64,000 bases of DNA, taken from the NCBI RefSeq assembly GCF_009914755.1, contig NC_060928.1; one strand, written 5' to 3'. Shown piece after piece: positions 60,711 through 64,000 of this stretch. The position numbers were made by a program, and so were the translations under genes. The first letter of the stretch is position 1. Each line of letters starts with the position of its first letter. A model generated the notes under the pieces. It was not told the origin of the DNA. It ran no database searches and was given only the letters and a program-made list of their open reading frames with translations. The DNA is from the human T2T-CHM13v2.0 reference genome, Homo sapiens.

Positions 60711-61589
60711 AATTATTATTAATCTTGTATGCAAAACACTATCAAATTATTAAACATTACAAAAAGACTATACTATATTATACTATACTATACTTTTTAA
60801 AAAAAGACCTATTTCCTATGCCTTCCTTATACCCCATTGTAAGTTTTCAATAGATACGAAGTCAGTGAGGGAAAAACACAAAAATGAATGGTGAAAATTT
60901 AGTATTTTAGTATGGAGTCATTCCAGGAGCAATTTGATGTGTGATTAGGCATGAATGTATATCTTCTTCAAAAGAAAGAAGAAAGAAGGAATGAACAAAC
61001 ACCCTGTTTTTTCTCTGCATCCAACCACTTGAGCAGATTTTGGCTACCTTACCATAAAGGTGATAGGACCAAAAACAATTACAGCAATAATAAATGAGCT
61101 ACACAAGCAAATAGCTAGAAACAACGAGAAAGACCATAGGATCATAGAATGTTCACTTTACACCTATGTTAATGCTCTGCAACAAATTAAGTAAAAAGGA
61201 GATGTGATAGAAGAATGTATAGGATTTGTGTGTAAGAAATAATTTAGCTTGTGAAATATGAAAGAAGTTCCCTTTTTTTATAATGCTATGGCAAGAGCAG
61301 AAATTTCTCAAAAGCTGAGAAATTTGGCAGGAGTATAATTTAGAAAGAGACCAGAAAAGAAGTTTCTGGAGATAACAAAGGATATCTCTGAAGCGCACAC
61401 TAATTATCAGTGCCCAGCTATTTTTACATGAAATTTCCTTTGGAAGGTTTGCTCCTTTCTAGATATATCTGCCAGTCAGAAAGGAAAAAAGAGAGCTATC
61501 CAGCATCTGGGAAGTTCCCATTTATACATATTCCAGTTTATATAGATTCTTTTGTGTTGCTAGATTATCTGAATATATTATTTTCAACA

Positions 61590-62260
61590 TCATTTATTCT
61601 TTCATTAGTTCATTTATTCAACAAGCATTGATTGAGTACTACTGTATGACAGATACTGTGTCAGAGATCCTAGAAATGTGTCTGTGACTAATAATAATAA
61701 TTATTATTCTAATAATTACAGCAAACTTTCTAGCAAATTTTACAAAGTATTTACTGTGAGTATGACTTGGAATTGCTCTAAGTATTTAAATCTCACAAAC
61801 AAAAAATTATAAGGCAAAAGCTAATAATATCCTGAATTTACAAATGGATAAATGAGGCACAGGGGGTGAGCAACTCTTTCAAGACTACACATTAATAAAG
61901 GTCACAGATGGCATGACTCCAACCTGTGCCATTAGCCGCCATGCTGATGATGTCTCTGAGATGATCTTGTGCTCTCAGAAACTTATAGAAACTGGCATAA
62001 AGAACCTGATAGTTACAAAAAAGTGGGACTAACCAATTGTGGGGTAAATATAAAGTGGTGTGGGGACATATAAGAAAAGTATCCCACTCAGGAAATCAGA
62101 GCACCCCTAAACTGAAGCCTGTAGTATAAAGTGGAGCTAGTGAGATACTGAGGTGGAAAATCAAAATGTTTCAGGAAGTGGATAGAGCGTGAGGACACCA
62201 GGGTGAGGGAAGAGAAGATCAGGTCCATTTGAGAAAGGAAATAAAGTTCACTAAACCTGT
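61590..62260 (-). mobile_element. L2 3' end interrupted by a MIR (~61690-61940)
   Basis: TTCATTTATTCAACAAGCATTGATTGAGTACT L2 terminus; TTTACAAATGGATAAATGAGGCACAG MIR core. Confidence 0.6.
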
Positions 62261-64000
62261 AAGAGAGACATGATGAGCATGCGCTCAGTTATTTAAGAAA
62301 ACTCATTCTTAGAGTCAAGTTGCTAAAACTGCAGACTCAGTCCTTCCCTTACAATTCTTTCCAACAAGGTGATGTCTGACTTGCTTTCAAAGCCCCACTT
62401 GTAAGAAAAAGTACAAGCATATTTGAATTGACTATTTTTTGCCAGACAGAAACATTCATTCCAGAGTGCCAAGCAGATTTAATGGAAAACCTATATCTTA
62501 GTCTCAGTTTTTTAACTTCTGGAAAATTATCTTGCTTGCTTTCTCTTATAGTCAATAGCAGATAATCTGTACTTTGAAAACACTCGTGAAGAAATTTGTA
62601 GGCCAATTTTAGAGCCAAATGAATTAAATTATAATGGTAAATGGAGGATGAGGTGTTAGAACAGGAAAAATTTAGGATTGAGGGAATGAAGCTCAGATAC
62701 CCTTTCAAGATGTTGGAGAATGACTGAAAAAGTTAAAAGTGATATGAAGAATGATTTTAAAAGTGACTGAGTAAAGGCAAGGTTTTCATAAGAATGTCAA
62801 TATTTTATAAGGCAGCAGAAACATTTTGTGGAGAGAGCAAAGGCAGAAAAACAAATGGGAGGAAATTGCAGCTAAAATAGCAAAAATCAAAGTACAAGGG
62901 AGAGTATCTGCTATATCATCAAGGTAAAAAGTGTAAGGAAAATGTTAGACAAGAAAAAGACAGAAAACAGAATATTTCAGAGATGGGAAGGTGAAGAGTA
63001 GATTTAGGCTTCAAAAATAGACAATAAAATGTCACAGAAAAAGAGAAATTATAAATAAAGAAAAGGTCCTCTAAGGAATAAAATTATATGTCATATAAAA
63101 CAGAAGTAATGAGTAGCAATGGCAAGGAATTAATCAAAAGGTTAAAAATTGTTCTATAGCAGATACGTCATCTCAAAAATTGAGCAGATCGATTAAGGTA
63201 AAATTTGGTGCTGTTTGGAGGGTTTGGTATTTGATGGTTTTCTGATGAGGGAGCCTTTGAATTAAAAGTATATAGACAAAAGGTCAAATGTTAGAACCAG
63301 GAAACTGACTGATAATAATTAAAAAGGAGAGAGAAAAATTACTAGAATCTGGAGACCACTAACATGAACACTGATCACAATAGTTATGCAGGCATCTCTC
63401 TGAAAAGGTTGACAAGCTTTGCAGAAGGCATGACACACAGGGCAAATGACATGCCAGAGAGCCAAAAATAGCTGATTGTGAATTTCGGAGGCAATCTGAA
63501 ACAGGCCAAAATGGAGAGGTGAGAGAATTATTAACTAGTTTATTTAAAAATATGGCTTTGATAACTAAACATAAATAATTTTCTTTCCTTAAATCTGGAT
63601 CCAAAATAGTGGATCTAGTATTGCCAGATAAGCTATTGAAATAAGTGAGGATGTTATGTATCAAAGTGACCTGCCTTCTAATAGTCAATGGGTGCAGGAA
63701 GAAATAAATTCATGTAAGATGGAGAGTGAGGCAAGTCTATCCCATTTAGTTCATAGTCCTTTATTTTCATGTGTTCTCTGTAGATTGTGTCAAAAGAAAT
63801 AAATAACAGATCTGAGAGAAGACAAATGAACACAATTAAAAAAAGTTATGCTATCATAGGTTAATAAACCCAGGTACCTAACATCATTTTGACAATAGCA
63901 TACAAGCCAAAATATGAGAATATTTAAAGTCTATAAAGAGGACTCCAGGAAAGCTGCAGTGAGAGGCAGCAAAACACAGGTCTATAAAATGAGAAGCAGG

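Overview
This looks like AT-rich primate (most likely human) non-coding DNA, either intergenic or from a large intron. I found no intact host protein-coding gene or RNA gene, and every long ORF derives from LINE-1 ORF2 or a decayed class I ERV. The window holds L1s of several ages, an ERV1 gag-pro-pol relic, solo LTRs, about ten Alus, L2/MIR relics and DNA transposons. The most notable features are mechanistic scars. (1) An Alu-L1 chimera lies inside one 15-bp target-site duplication (TSD) at 54861-57412. (2) A very short, young, 5'-inverted L1 carries an apparent 3' transduction at 31188-31628. (3) A textbook twin-primed L1 lies at 27385-29641. (4) Several templated-insertion or palindrome patchworks occur. 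I see no evidence for a new biological system. Subfamily names come from recalled diagnostic motifs rather than a database search, and the boundaries of old repeats are approximate.
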